From Nemertoderma westbladi (lineage: Eukaryota > Animalia > Xenacoelomorpha), in contig JAUCBJ010008666.1 in assembly GCA_032718475.1 (NCBI GenBank), forward strand, positions 1-64,000: a stretch of 64,000 bases of DNA, in the 5' to 3' direction. Position 1 is the first letter of the stretch. Every line of letters starts with the position of its first letter. Shown here in pieces: positions 10,690-22,400 of this stretch. A program made the translations under genes and the position numbers. Under the pieces are notes generated by a model, which was given only the letters and a program-made list of their open reading frames with translations, ran no database searches and was not told where the DNA came from.

Positions 10690-12889
10690 ATGGGCTCCAG
10701 AGAACCGGGGAGAGTTCAGAGATTTCCTGGCGGAGCATGTGCCGCGGGCCATGAAGGTGATCTTATGGGACGCCACTAGGGGAAAGCAGCAGGGGCATTC
10801 GGAGGGGCCGCCGGCGAAGCGATACCGGGAGCTAATAACACCAGCGCCCAAGGAATCAACCACGGGAATCAGTAGGGAAGTAACGGCAAGGATGAGGAAC
10901 CTTAAGGAGGACAAGAACAAGGGAGCGGCGACAACCAGGAAGCGACCGAGACAGGACGACGACAGAGGGAAGGAACTGAGATGGTTCCCAAAGGCAGGAG
11001 GTGCGAACTAGAACTTGGAAGAGGAGATGTGGGGATGCGTGGAAGGCACCACATGCGAAGTAATACGAACTTCTAAGTGCAAATTTAATAAAAGTGCAAT
11101 TAGTATGTATGTATGTAGTAATCAATAGAATATAATCCAATATAATCAAAGTAAGTTGTATAGTCATGTAACCTTTTTCCAACTAGCTACTGGGACTGGG
11201 GACCAATTGACTATGACAGGACGAGACACTAGACGACTCACACTTCTTGAGTGCGACGGCGCGAAAGGGGAGGGTGAGGTTCGTCAGGAGTGAGTGGAGC
11301 GGAACGAGTAGGGGTTGAGTACAGGAACGCCGGGGAGATAGTGAGAGGTGGTGTTGACGCATGTGGAGAGAATACGGGTGCAATTCAAATGTGGGGGGGG
11401 GGGGGGGGGGTAAGAGGCAGAGTGAGGGACAAAGAGGTCCGAGAGTAGAGAGAAATTAGAGTCCGTTTAGAGTAGAGTGGAGATTTAAAATTGTGTGAGA
11501 GGAGTCCACAATTGTCTCGAACCGAGACACCAGATGTCTTGGAGCAACATAGGTCGGGGTTGCACCAAGAGGGGGTAGCAACATCATCCCGAGAGGGCGC
11601 GGCCTGGAAAGCCGACTCCAAGAAAAGAACTCCACCACACACCCGATAGTAGATCGGGTTCCAGCGGAATTGAAGCGCACTTAAGGGTGATGCTATCTTC
11701 TCACCGGGAAGATAGCATGGGGGGGGGAGTGTCAAGTGTGGGGCAAGTTGGGAAGTGGCACCTTTTCAGCAATGTCGGAGGTGCGAGATTGGTAACTACC
11801 AATCTCGTACCACAACCAATAACGGGGATAACACGAACCCCAAAAGCCACACAAAGGGAGGTTAGAGGTCAAACCACCTCGGGAAGGGAAAATAACCAAC
11901 AGGGGCCAACAGAGGGGGAAGCACTCCCAAAGAGGTGAAAGGCGTGAAGTAGGTTATCAGCCAATAGGAGCGGGGGAAAGCATCCACTGGACAAAGGCCA
12001 CAATAGTGTAGGAATGATTACATATATATTGTCAATGTGTAACATTACCGGTTCAGTTACTCAGTCATCAGTTCAGTGCAGACCGGTGATATCTATACCG
12101 TCACCGTCACCAATACATATTTACCGGTACAGCATCCATAATACATCAATGCTGCCTAACTGTAACTCTTACTGTGCTATCATATATATATTCATTATCT
12201 AATATCAAGAAACATCAACTAACTCTTATCGTTTTACTGCAACGGCCTCGGCCTAGATATCACCCAAAGGTAAACACTACTACTACTACTAGGATCGGCA
12301 TGCTGCATTGCAGCTGCATTTTTAAGAATGCTGTGCCGGCTTGTCAACAAAATTGCACCGCCACAACTCCCTATCACCCATGACATTTGCTAGATCATCC
12401 GCATCTTTAAGGCCAGTGTCCTTTAAGATGCGTCTCAAGAAAGTCATGGGCTGTCCACCATGCTTATTCACTCCATGAGGCTGCCAAAGTACAGGTCAAG
12501 GTAAACACGGTGACGCGTAATAAATAAATCCAGTCGGGATCCCTTGATCCCGTCACATATCGATGGTGTTTTATCATAACGACTCAAATGTCACTCTCAA
12601 GGTTGTTCGACCTCGTTCCACTGAGGTTGATATAGATCAACCAGGTACCTCGACCGGCGGATACACCGACCGTAATCCTAAACCTTCTGATGCAATTGTA
12701 TTGCACCCTTCAGCCAGGAGTTATAGCCCTCCTAGTAAAGTGGCTCGCCCCAAAGAGAAAAGGACTCTTGCTAGCCTCAAAAAACTGCGTAAACGCTGTC
12801 CTCGCAAGAAAGACTAACTGTTTAGAGTATTTTTATATTTTAGAAACTGTGATTTTTTATATTTTATAGAATTAAATCCCATTTTCTGG

Positions 12890-13500
12890 GAGCGGTGTAA
12901 AGGCTTTTGCGGAATTAGCTAGTCATTTTCCCCGCAAAGTACTCTGTAGGTGTTTTAGCGGACATAAAAGCCGTTTCCTTACTGTACCGGTGTTTTAGTG
13001 GACATAAAAAGCCATTTCTTCTGTATGTGTACTTTAGCGGACATAACTAGCGATTTGATGTCGCAATACGCCAAAATACTCTTGATACAGTTTAGTTTAG
13101 ATGACGACATCTATCAGCTGATATGTCCACGTGTAACTTTTTCTTTGTTCTTTGTTCGGTCGACCAATCAGAGCGGTTTTCACTCTGTGTTGGACAGTGC
13201 ATATAGAAACTCACGCAATTCAGTCAGTGTGTATTTTTCCTAAGCCTAGAACACTGGCTGTGGAATTATTCTGTGTTTCAGACTTTAGCCAAACATTAGA
13301 ATGGCTTTGATCATAGAAACGTATAACTGTTATTCTATCTACCACTTATCATATCATAACTATACGTACCTTTCACCGCATTATTTTACTGCTATTTACT
13401 GTCTGTTATTAATTGTATCAGTTGATGGAATATTGTTATATTTGGAGAATATCGATAAATAATCAGAAAACCCCAATCTTCTTGATATACTGAAGGTTAG
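12890..13500. repeat. Diverged interspersed repeat, inverted homologue of 1-670
   Basis: Colinear reverse-complement matches to 1-670, as listed for that feature. Confidence 0.65.
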
Positions 13501-14205
13501 AGAGACCGGTTACATATAGCAATTGCGACTTACATTAAAGTGGTTTTGGAGTGAATCTAATGCTATTTCATAGGCCCTACATGTGTCGGTTGCTGTTCTC
13601 TTTATATGTGACTAAAATTAGTGAAGGTCGGCAGATCAGTGTGCAGCAGTGTGCGGTAGTGTGCATGAGTGTGATAGATAACAAAGCATCTCCTAAAGAA
13701 TGCGCTTTATACGTGAATCATTAGCCATCCCGTTGTGTTTAGTGTAAGTCATAACTCTGTTTACATACTTAGAGCGCCACGTCCTAAAGGAACTGTTAAT
13801 ATTTCCCGAAAGTGAATAATATTTGTCAGAGATTATATATTAACGATCAATCGAATAATACAGTAGGCCTACACCGCAATAAGGTCAGAGCTTCCGAATC
13901 CAGTCTCCCGGGTAAATCCAGCGGGTGAATGGTCGCGCATAGGCTGGCTTCGGCTAATGTAGTTTTATGTGTATCAAATACTCGTCATAGGCTAAAGTCG
14001 ATTCATAACCTAGAAGACACCTAAATTTGGCAGGTTAAACTGCTAAAGGTCTAAAAGCGCGAACAATATGTTTATTCAAATATGTAAGTGTAATATCGTA
14101 ATTGCGATTATTTATTTTGCAATGAGAAATAGATCATGCAAAAACATGTGCCGTCAAAAAGAATTTTTTTTATTTAAACACTAATACTGTATTACATGAA
14201 GTAGT

Positions 14206-14604
14206 TTAGATGTACCCAATGGGAGAATGTCCGTCGTAGAATAACTCCTCAATTGGCATCCACAAATGGCCGGAAATACGTTGATCTTCTCCTTCAACGT
14301 GTTCCTGGAACTCACCGATTTCGGCCCACCATTTCTGCGTCTCAGGATCAGCAGCTATAGCCTTACTATCTGCCAATTCGTCGTCACCAATATACTCATT
14401 ATATGAAAAGAGCAGATTATTCACTTTATCGTAATGAATTGAGAAATTCCTGAAATTGAACTTATGCATGCAATATTGTACCACAGGCCACACCTTGGCT
14501 TGGTGAGTTTTATAAGCTTCGTAGCTGCCGGGTTTTAGTTTTATGACAGCAGCGTATCTCTTAGGAGGTCGTGACAGATTCTTTTTACTCATCGCACACC
14601 CCAT
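14206..14604 (-). CDS. rhaM: L-rhamnose mutarotase (RhaM/YiiL/DUF718) family protein with an N-terminal MGCAMSKK extension, intronless
   Basis: KRYAAVIKLKPG-YEAYK-VWP-RNFSIHY-LLFSYNEY-ADPETQKWW-W-IEELFY matches the RhaM pattern. The ATG at 14604 is in an ACAATGG context. Confidence 0.88.
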   Translation of the reverse strand: MGCAMSKKNLSRPPKRYAAVIKLKPGSYEAYKTHQAKVWPVVQYCMHKFNFRNFSIHYDKVNNLLFSYNEYIGDDELADSKAIAADPETQKWWAEIGEFQEHVEGEDQRISGHLWMPIEELFYDGHSPIGYI

Positions 14605-15443
14605 TGTATAATTGCACAAGAAGACAATGTTATATTCACACCAGAGTTTGAAAATATTAGTGCAATATTAAATAACTATCATAACATTATTGAAATAAGT
14701 TTGTAGAATATAGTAAAAGAACTACATTCAAATATTCTAGAATTAAGATTGGATTATAGTATCCAGGCAGTTTAACCTGCAAATTTTTATCTCATTTTCC
14801 AATGAGATAGTTTATTGTTGTGGTACTAGCAAGGAAAGCGAGCTTATGAACATATTAGGTATTACTTTAACATTTTTAAGAGGTGATAATTTGCATTATT
14901 CGGTATTATTTATATACACAAAACAAGTTATAACTTCAAATTAAAATCAGGAAAAATTTTGTTAATAATTTTGATATTAATCTTCTTATGAAAAATCTGG
15001 TACCTACTAATAGCGGGTGCCCCTTAATAAGACTATCTAATTAACTTAAGACTGTCTTACTAAAACGAGCCCATAGGAGAGATTAACAAGGAACTATACA
15101 AAACCTTCTTGTCGAAGGGCGTTCTATGGGCGTTCTATGGGCGTTCTAAGGGCGTTCGAGGAGGCAGCTGCTTTTAAAAGGGGGCACACAGAACACAATA
15201 CTGCGTACCTCACTACTGTGTACCTCACTACTCTATTCCATTCTACTTAGTTCTTATTTACGTAACTTTCTAAACAGTTTCTTTCGCTTTTGACGAGTCA
15301 CCATGGGATTCACCATGTATCAGGAGTGACTGGGTTTCGATCCGTGCAACCACCAGTCTAGGTACGTGGTAGACTAGGGCCAACAACCATCCTCCGCCCC
15401 AGGACACCAGGCGATCGAGTCCGGTAACTGGACTACAAACCAA

Positions 15444-15978
15444 TCAATCTCCCATAGAGCCACTGGGCAGCGCAGGATCGAAAGCATGCCTTCTACTTTT
15501 TCTCATAAGAATAACGTCTCTTACTATCCTGCTCACCAAGTCGGCGCGGATATCTGGCGGCTCGACTAGTTCACTGTCTACTCGAGCAAGCTTGGCAAAG
15601 AGTTTATCTCCGAACTTAGGAACCGTGGAGGGATCGTAGAGAATGGGTCTGTCACGAGTACTGAGCTTCAGGTTGCACCAAAGCTGCTTCTTCTCTTTAG
15701 TCCAGTTCAGTCTGCTTCTCCTCTTGCTGATATTCCGCGCTACGCTGTTCACGTCTTTCCCATACAAGATCGCGCATGGAATAAACATATCCACGCTCGT
15801 TATCGAGTTCTAAATTCTCGATTTCTCTATCGAACTGAGGTACGATGGGATCTTTTACCGCTTGTACATCCAGTTGTAACTTACGCTTTTTCTTTTCATC
15901 ATAAGTTCCTTTGCCGATCTTTGATCGAATCGCTTCCAGCGCATTCTTTACGATACTATTCTCGATCTCTGTAGATTG
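15444..15978 (-). pseudogene. Coding-like orphan sequence split over two overlapping frames (15978-15697 and 15794-15444)
   Basis: Hand translation gives an uninterrupted charged helical frame (EIENSIVKNALEAIRSKIGKG...EKQTELD*) overlapping the listed 116-aa ORF. No family was recognised. Confidence 0.4.
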
Positions 15979-15984
15979 TTGTTA

Positions 15985-16222
15985 GTTAACTAATAATTAG
16001 ATAACTAATAATAGGTAACTAATAATTAGATAACTAATAATAGGTAACATTAATTAGTTCTAATAATTAGGTAACTAATAAAGGTAACTAATAATTTGGT
16101 AACTAATAATTAGGTAACTAATAATAGGTAACTATTACTTAGGTCACTAATAATAGGTAACTAATAATTACGTAACTAATAATAGGTAACTAATAATTAG
16201 GTAACTAAGAATTAGGTAACAA
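15985..16222. repeat. AT-rich 13/14-bp tandem repeat (GGTAACTAATAAT(T)A)
   Basis: Directly visible. Confidence 0.9.
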
Positions 16223-16879
16223 TAATCAACAATTAACAAATCAAAATATGGTAATGAGACTTCTCCAGAAGAAATACTCGCTGGGTCGTCGCCTGGGTCA
16301 ACCATTAGCCTACCGCGTCCCTCAGTGGTACACCAGGATGGAGTCAAAAAATCGGATTCTAGTACATAGGATAGAGAAGAAATAAGAAACAAATGAGTCC
16401 TTTAAACAGGTCTGTCTGGCTGGAATCCCCAACAATAAAAAATAAATGTTTGCAATTTATGCGGCATTTTTGTAGAAAATTGTATAAAAAATTGTTTGTG
16501 AAGTGCGGTTAAACGTGCTGTGGCGGGGGTGGGGAAGTTCAATAATCGTTCAAAATCCTTGATATAATTTAGGAACTTGTTCTAGTCATAAAAAGTACAG
16601 GATTTTAGTAAAAAAAATTTTGTGTCAATAATGTTCACCAGTGCATAACTGCGCAAAAACAAATGCAATTGGATTGAGCTTTAACATACATCTATTATAT
16701 ACTGTAGTTTATTTATCTTTAGAGAGAACTACTCAAGAAACAAAATTGTTATTTTAATGTTACGTTAAATCTTACAGCATACATGAGTTACTGTGGGTCA
16801 AAGCAAATATATATGTTAAATTTAATTACGAAAGTTTAAGTAGTTTATAAGAAGTATGTTATGATTTCATCAATGATTG

Positions 16880-17116
16880 ACTGACCTTTTACGGAAATTA
16901 CCGGTACCGAATGACAGATTGAGTGATTTTGACCAAACTTCAGATTCTTTTTAAACATTTGACGGACTACATGCGTACCAAGTTTGGTTTAATTTCATCA
17001 AGGAATAACCAAGCTACTAGCGATCAAAAATTTACGACGACAAAGAACGATGACAGACAATGACGACAGACAACTCGTTATGCTAAGGCTTCGCTCACTT
17101 CGTGGCTCGCTCCACA
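16880..17116 (+). mobile_element. Helentron/DINE-1-like non-autonomous repeat, copy 1
   Basis: CCAAGTTTG is followed by a GACA-type microsatellite and the end motif GCTAAGG-CTCGC-CTCGCTCCACA, shared with the copies at ~43690 and ~61420. Confidence 0.5.
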
Positions 17117-18437
17117 TTACATAATTTTATTTCATGAACGCAATTAGTAAACAAAATTAAATTTTGTAAACATTTTACAAAATAAAGAGATCAATTGGGC
17201 AAGAGAGGCTGGATCTTATGGGAGCCCTATTGTATAATATCGACTACATTATAGTATATTATTTTCTCTCTTGGTTGTTGCCTGTATGTAAAGCTAGTTA
17301 GGAGGGTGCCGCACTCAAGGATGCCAATACTCCGTAACTATCCAACTCATTTATTTTATTCCCCAAGCAGAAGCCAGGCCCCCACATCCAGTTACGAAAT
17401 TTTTTTCTGACTATGCGTGAGTGACCACTTTATCAGCAAACTCTCGCATTATAAATGTGTAGTAATATATTTGCTGGTATATACATAATATATTAATATT
17501 CAATCAATAATATAATAAATAAATCAAATTAAATAACCAAGTAAGATACCGTACATAATAATGGTTTCCTATTTTACGGTTAAGTTAAATGAATAAAATA
17601 TATAGAAAATGTAAAATTACCTCGAGAAAATGTTCTAACTTGAACATATATTTATTACAATAGCACATGCTGATTCAATGTGAATTTGCGATTTTATTAA
17701 ATTCAAAATCGACATAATTTATTTATGTTCTAGAATGAAAACAACATTTGACAATTATAAACACTTTTGTGGAAAATAAATGCAATAAAATTCTAAAAGA
17801 AACTTTGCTGTCGGTGAACAATGGTAAACGCAAAATTTTTGCAGTTAATTTGTTAGTACCAGTAATTTAGAACAACCGCGTAGATAATATCAAAAATATA
17901 TGATTGTCAATAATACTTTCAGGGTCAAGAAAACAAAACAGTGGCCGAATCATATATATGAGAAAAATAGATAAAAATCGCCAACAAGATAAACCCAAAG
18001 ACCATGATGTACCGGTATTGTTCTCAAATCTCGTAGTAGATAGTTTAATCAAAGAACAGATCGCGTAGATTTGTTTAATTAACCCAACACTAGCCTACTA
18101 GGGATTGATGTAAGACCCAGAGACAGGGGGGGGAAACTCGACGCAATAGCCGCCATGGCGAATTAATATCCCGCCTCAATGTTAAATTCTCAATTTAGGC
18201 AAAGGAGCAGGTTATAGTGGCACGTTATTTTAACCAAAACAATAAACTAATCACAATAGAACAGGTTACAGTTTTATTTTTGAGAGTAATCAGCTGTTAT
18301 TTGCGTCGAATTTCCCCTGGAGAGGGATGGATTTTTATTGCGTCAAGTCCCCCCCCCCCCCCTTATCTGAAGACCCATGACCAAAAAGTAAGAATACGAC
18401 ATGTCATGTCGAATAGACATGTGACGACAAGTCATGT

Positions 18438-18571
18438 CTATAATAGACATTGTAGCCTATAATAGACATTGTAGCCTATAATAGACATTGTAGCCTATAA
18501 TAGACATTGTAGCCTATAATAGACATTGTAGCCTATAATAGACATTGTAGCCTATAATAGACATTGTCTAT
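18438..18571. repeat. 19-bp tandem repeat CTATAATAGACATTGTAGC, ~7 copies
   Basis: Directly visible. Confidence 0.95.
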
Positions 18572-19278
18572 AGAACTAACCCTTCCGTAATTAATTAATG
18601 TTATAATTTACATTGACAATCAGATTGCAAACCAAAATGAACAAATATACACAGGTTATCTCGCTTTAATTAAAATTATATTTTTACTAACTGTACCGGT
18701 TTGTTAAAAACAACCTGCAACTAAACAATGATGTCTTACAAATGATATGCCATCCCATGTTATTCGGATGTCGGCAAAGATAGCTTGTTTACCTGACATG
18801 GTTCAACGACCACTTAAGAAGCTCAAGGTCTGCGGGCGAAATAGTAAATTATACTGTAACACAACATTAAGAGTTAAAATTGTAGTAAATAATAACGCAA
18901 GCACAATAATTAGTTGTATATAAAGTAATAAAATCTGATTTCTACATCGGTTAAACCGTATTTTATAAAATAAAATTATTGTTCTTTACTTTACAAGCTA
19001 AAAACCATTGCAATAATGTAGGACTCCACCATAGTTAGTTATTCACATAACAAACAAATGGGTTTAATATTAATTAGTTTCCCTCGAATTTATTCCATGG
19101 CGCACGAGTATGAAAAATATCGGTCCACTTCAGGAATTCGATTCTGTAACTTCGAGATGGAATTATCAAAACGAATAATGAATAATTCCTTAGATATGGA
19201 ATGAGGCCATTACTGAAACTATTATTGTGAATAATAAAATGGTCTTCACTGCATTTCCATTTCCAAGCCTACCCTGCG

Positions 19279-19472
19279 TTACACCCTAGTGAGATAACAA
19301 TTCCAACTTAAAGACCACAGGCTTATTAGCACGAGCCATTGATTGGCTGACAGTTTGTTGCTGTGGTTACAGTTCCATGTCCCACACTGCATTACATTAT
19401 TATTGGAATTGGCGTTAGCATTAGGTTGGATAACTTCTATATTATCCCGTGTAGATGGTCGCATCTTCATTA
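19279..19472 (-). CDS. IgSF gene terminal exon (stalk and hydrophobic C-terminus, GPI-signal-like)
   Basis: TTGCAG acceptor in phase 1; the exon ends WLVLISLWSLSWNCYLTRV*. Confidence 0.8.
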
Positions 19473-22400
19473 CTGCAAATTAATTAAGTTGAGATTAATT
19501 ATTATATTATTAGGTCGCTTTAACCAGCGTACATGAGTTTGAGCTTAGATGTAATCTGAATCTGTTGGTACTAACATCTGATGCGTAACACGTCGACAAA
19601 GTATAGATTAACAACCGTGTGCGTAAAGGTTTTCCTGTTCTTTGATTCGCCCCGCATAGCAATTACAAAAACAGGGATAAAAATTCATTCGAGAAGATTT
19701 GAAACAAGCTAATTTTATGTTGTGCACATGAAATGTTTTATTAAAAAATATTATTGTTTAATAGGCAAAATTTCGATGGCATTAAATATATATTTCGCAA
19801 TTAATAACCACGAACGCAATTATTACAGTTTTAGGTGACTAAAATTATTTCTGAAACAAATCGCTTTCCATACATTTTGTTTAAATATCGCACTGAAATA
19901 AAAAAAAACTTTTTTTTTATATTTTTAATTAACTTAATATTTTATATAATTATAATTGTTACTTTTTATAACTTACACGTCCAGAAAGACTTTTTAGCAG
20001 TTGGGCTGACTCCCTGGGAGTTTTTCGACGTAACTTCTACTAGATACTCAGAGCCTGGTTTCAGTTCCATTCCACAGATAGTTCGCAACCTGATATAAAT
20101 AAACAGTAATTATGTAACACGAGAAATCAATAATTATAACGCCATCTCTGTAATGGTACGGATATGTATTACTTTTGTAACGAAGTCACACCGGCCAACC
20201 TGTAATCTATAAAAGGACAGACCTTTCCGTCTGATTTCGCAGCGAGGTTAAAAACGTGCGTAAACTACTTTTTCAAGTTAAAATGTTGTATCGAGTAACT
20301 TACTGTAGATTTCAACTTGCGATTAAAAGATTTACAGTTCCCCACCTACCTGTGACGTTGTTCCTCTCTGAAAGTTCGACTAGCGGCGTATTGGAAGTAA
20401 CAGTCGGTACAGGATTCGGTGCTGCCGTTAACCCAACGCTGACAAGTGTCGCTCAAACTACGTGGATTCGATTTCTATAAATAAAATTTGGTAATGGGAA
20501 TTCTAGTTAAATTATAATCTCTATACTAGAAAGCCAATAAGCTGGCTTTAAACGAACCTGCCCCTCAAACCAGTAAGTACCCTGAGTGAGCGAAAATGAA
20601 AACACGAAAATTGGCATCAACTCAACGATAGAAATACCAGCTGCTGGTACTCATGAGGGCCTAGTAAACTACTACTATTTATTGAATGGATAGGCCCAAA
20701 CTGCAGAGAAGTATATTACTTGCATCACATCAACATCAGCATTACATCAACAACTGTTAGTTTGTATAATATATCACCCCGGCAGCTGAATAGATCTCCC
20801 CAGTGAATCCTATGGGAATATCTATAAGGTTACTACTACTCACTGCTATGTTAGGTGGGAGGCCAGCTGATTGAAATGTAAGCACCGTTCAAATTTTTAT
20901 AGGTTGATGATAATGAATGAGCAGGGACCCAACTAACACTAAGTTTGTCTATGGACGGTCTCCTTATGGCCAGCTTGCTGGCTTTTCTAGTTGATTCATA
21001 TTATTCTGCAATTATTATAATTTACTATTTTAGATGAATTAGTGAGTTTTTTTTGCCGGACTAACAAATTTTGGCGACGTTCTGTGCGAGATTGGCGATA
21101 TTTGAAAAGATTCTGAGGCTCAAATATGTTGCTCAAATGACTGAATAGCCCAAATAAAAAAGTTGGTGCATACTCGGCGAATTGGAATCGGTGAAATTCG
21201 ACTTTAAATTTTCAAACCCGCTATTTTTCAGTGACCCCGTGATCGAAACGCCACGAGCAACCAAAATTTATGTAGAGTTTGTAATTAAACTTTTTGCATA
21301 CCTGCTTGAGTTTTTGAGATATTTGATGGTTTATACATACACACACATATAATCACATCGTGTTTATGAACCGCTCAACGCTTGACAAGAACTACCCTGA
21401 TCAGCAATGAATAGCTTACAGTTCAAATTCGAGCCGTTTGTTTCATTAGCGTAGTTAGTTACTATGTTTTAGACATGTACCGAGTCACATACTGTTTGCG
21501 CTTAGATTTGTGTTAGTGATACTTACTTTGACAATCTTAATAATGAAGACGTCAACATGTATTTCTGGAGGGACTACAACCCACTCGAGTAGGTAGGAGT
21601 TTACTGAGTCGGAAACGTTGCGTGAAAGTATGTAAGGTTGAACCGGTCTCCCTGCAAAATATATAACAAAATAAATGTACGGATAATTTACACAATGAGT
21701 ATTCGCAGGATATTTGGGAGAAGGAGTGCGTGTGATGGCCGTTAGTGGTCTGTTAGATCCGGGCCCAGTATTCTTGAGTAGATCCAAAGATCCGGAGATG
21801 GACGAATTAATGGAAATGTTTGAGCAATTATTATTTACCAGACGCGGACATTAAGTCAACTAACCATGAATCTCATAAGATACAGTCCCAGAGCCAATGG
21901 AGTTAGTCGCGTTGCAAATAAACTCATTCGAATGGTTTATCTTTTTGTTTGTTAAGCTTGACATGTTGTAGTCGTCCCTGGCAACGACACTAAACACCGT
22001 CAACGTGGAAGTAATAAATGTGTTGGCGACCCGGTTACTTTTAGCTTGGTACCTACACAAGAGGCAATACAAACTCGTTACTTTTAGCTTGGTACCTACA
22101 CAAGAGGCAATAAAAACTCGTTACTTTTAGCTTGGTACCTACACAAGAGGCAATAAAAACTCGTTACTTTTAGCTTGGTACCTACACAAGAGGCAATAAA
22201 AACTCGTTACTTTTAGCTTGGTACCTACACAAGAGGCAATACAAACTCGTTACTTTTAGCTTGGTACCTGCACAAGAGGCAATAAAAACTCGTTACTTTT
22301 AGCTTGGTACCTACACAAGAGGCAATAAAAACTCGTTACTTTTAGCTTGGTACCTACACAAGAGGCAATACAAACTCGTTACTCTTAGCTTGGTACCTAC

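Larger units (their letters stand above)
7550..12010 (+). mobile_element. GC- and purine-rich inserted block carrying the zinc-knuckle ORF; no RT, integrase or LTR recognised
   Basis: Composition shifts abruptly relative to the AT-rich flanks. Boundaries are inferred from composition only. Confidence 0.45.

Noticed and set aside
12563-12817. 84-aa basic ORF
   Set aside because: No recognisable domain and embedded in repeat-like sequence; it cannot be supported as a gene.
13865-13965. HDV-like ribozyme suggested by GGCTTCGGCTAATGTAG
   Set aside because: P1, P3 and the L3/P1.1 elements could not be built by eye.
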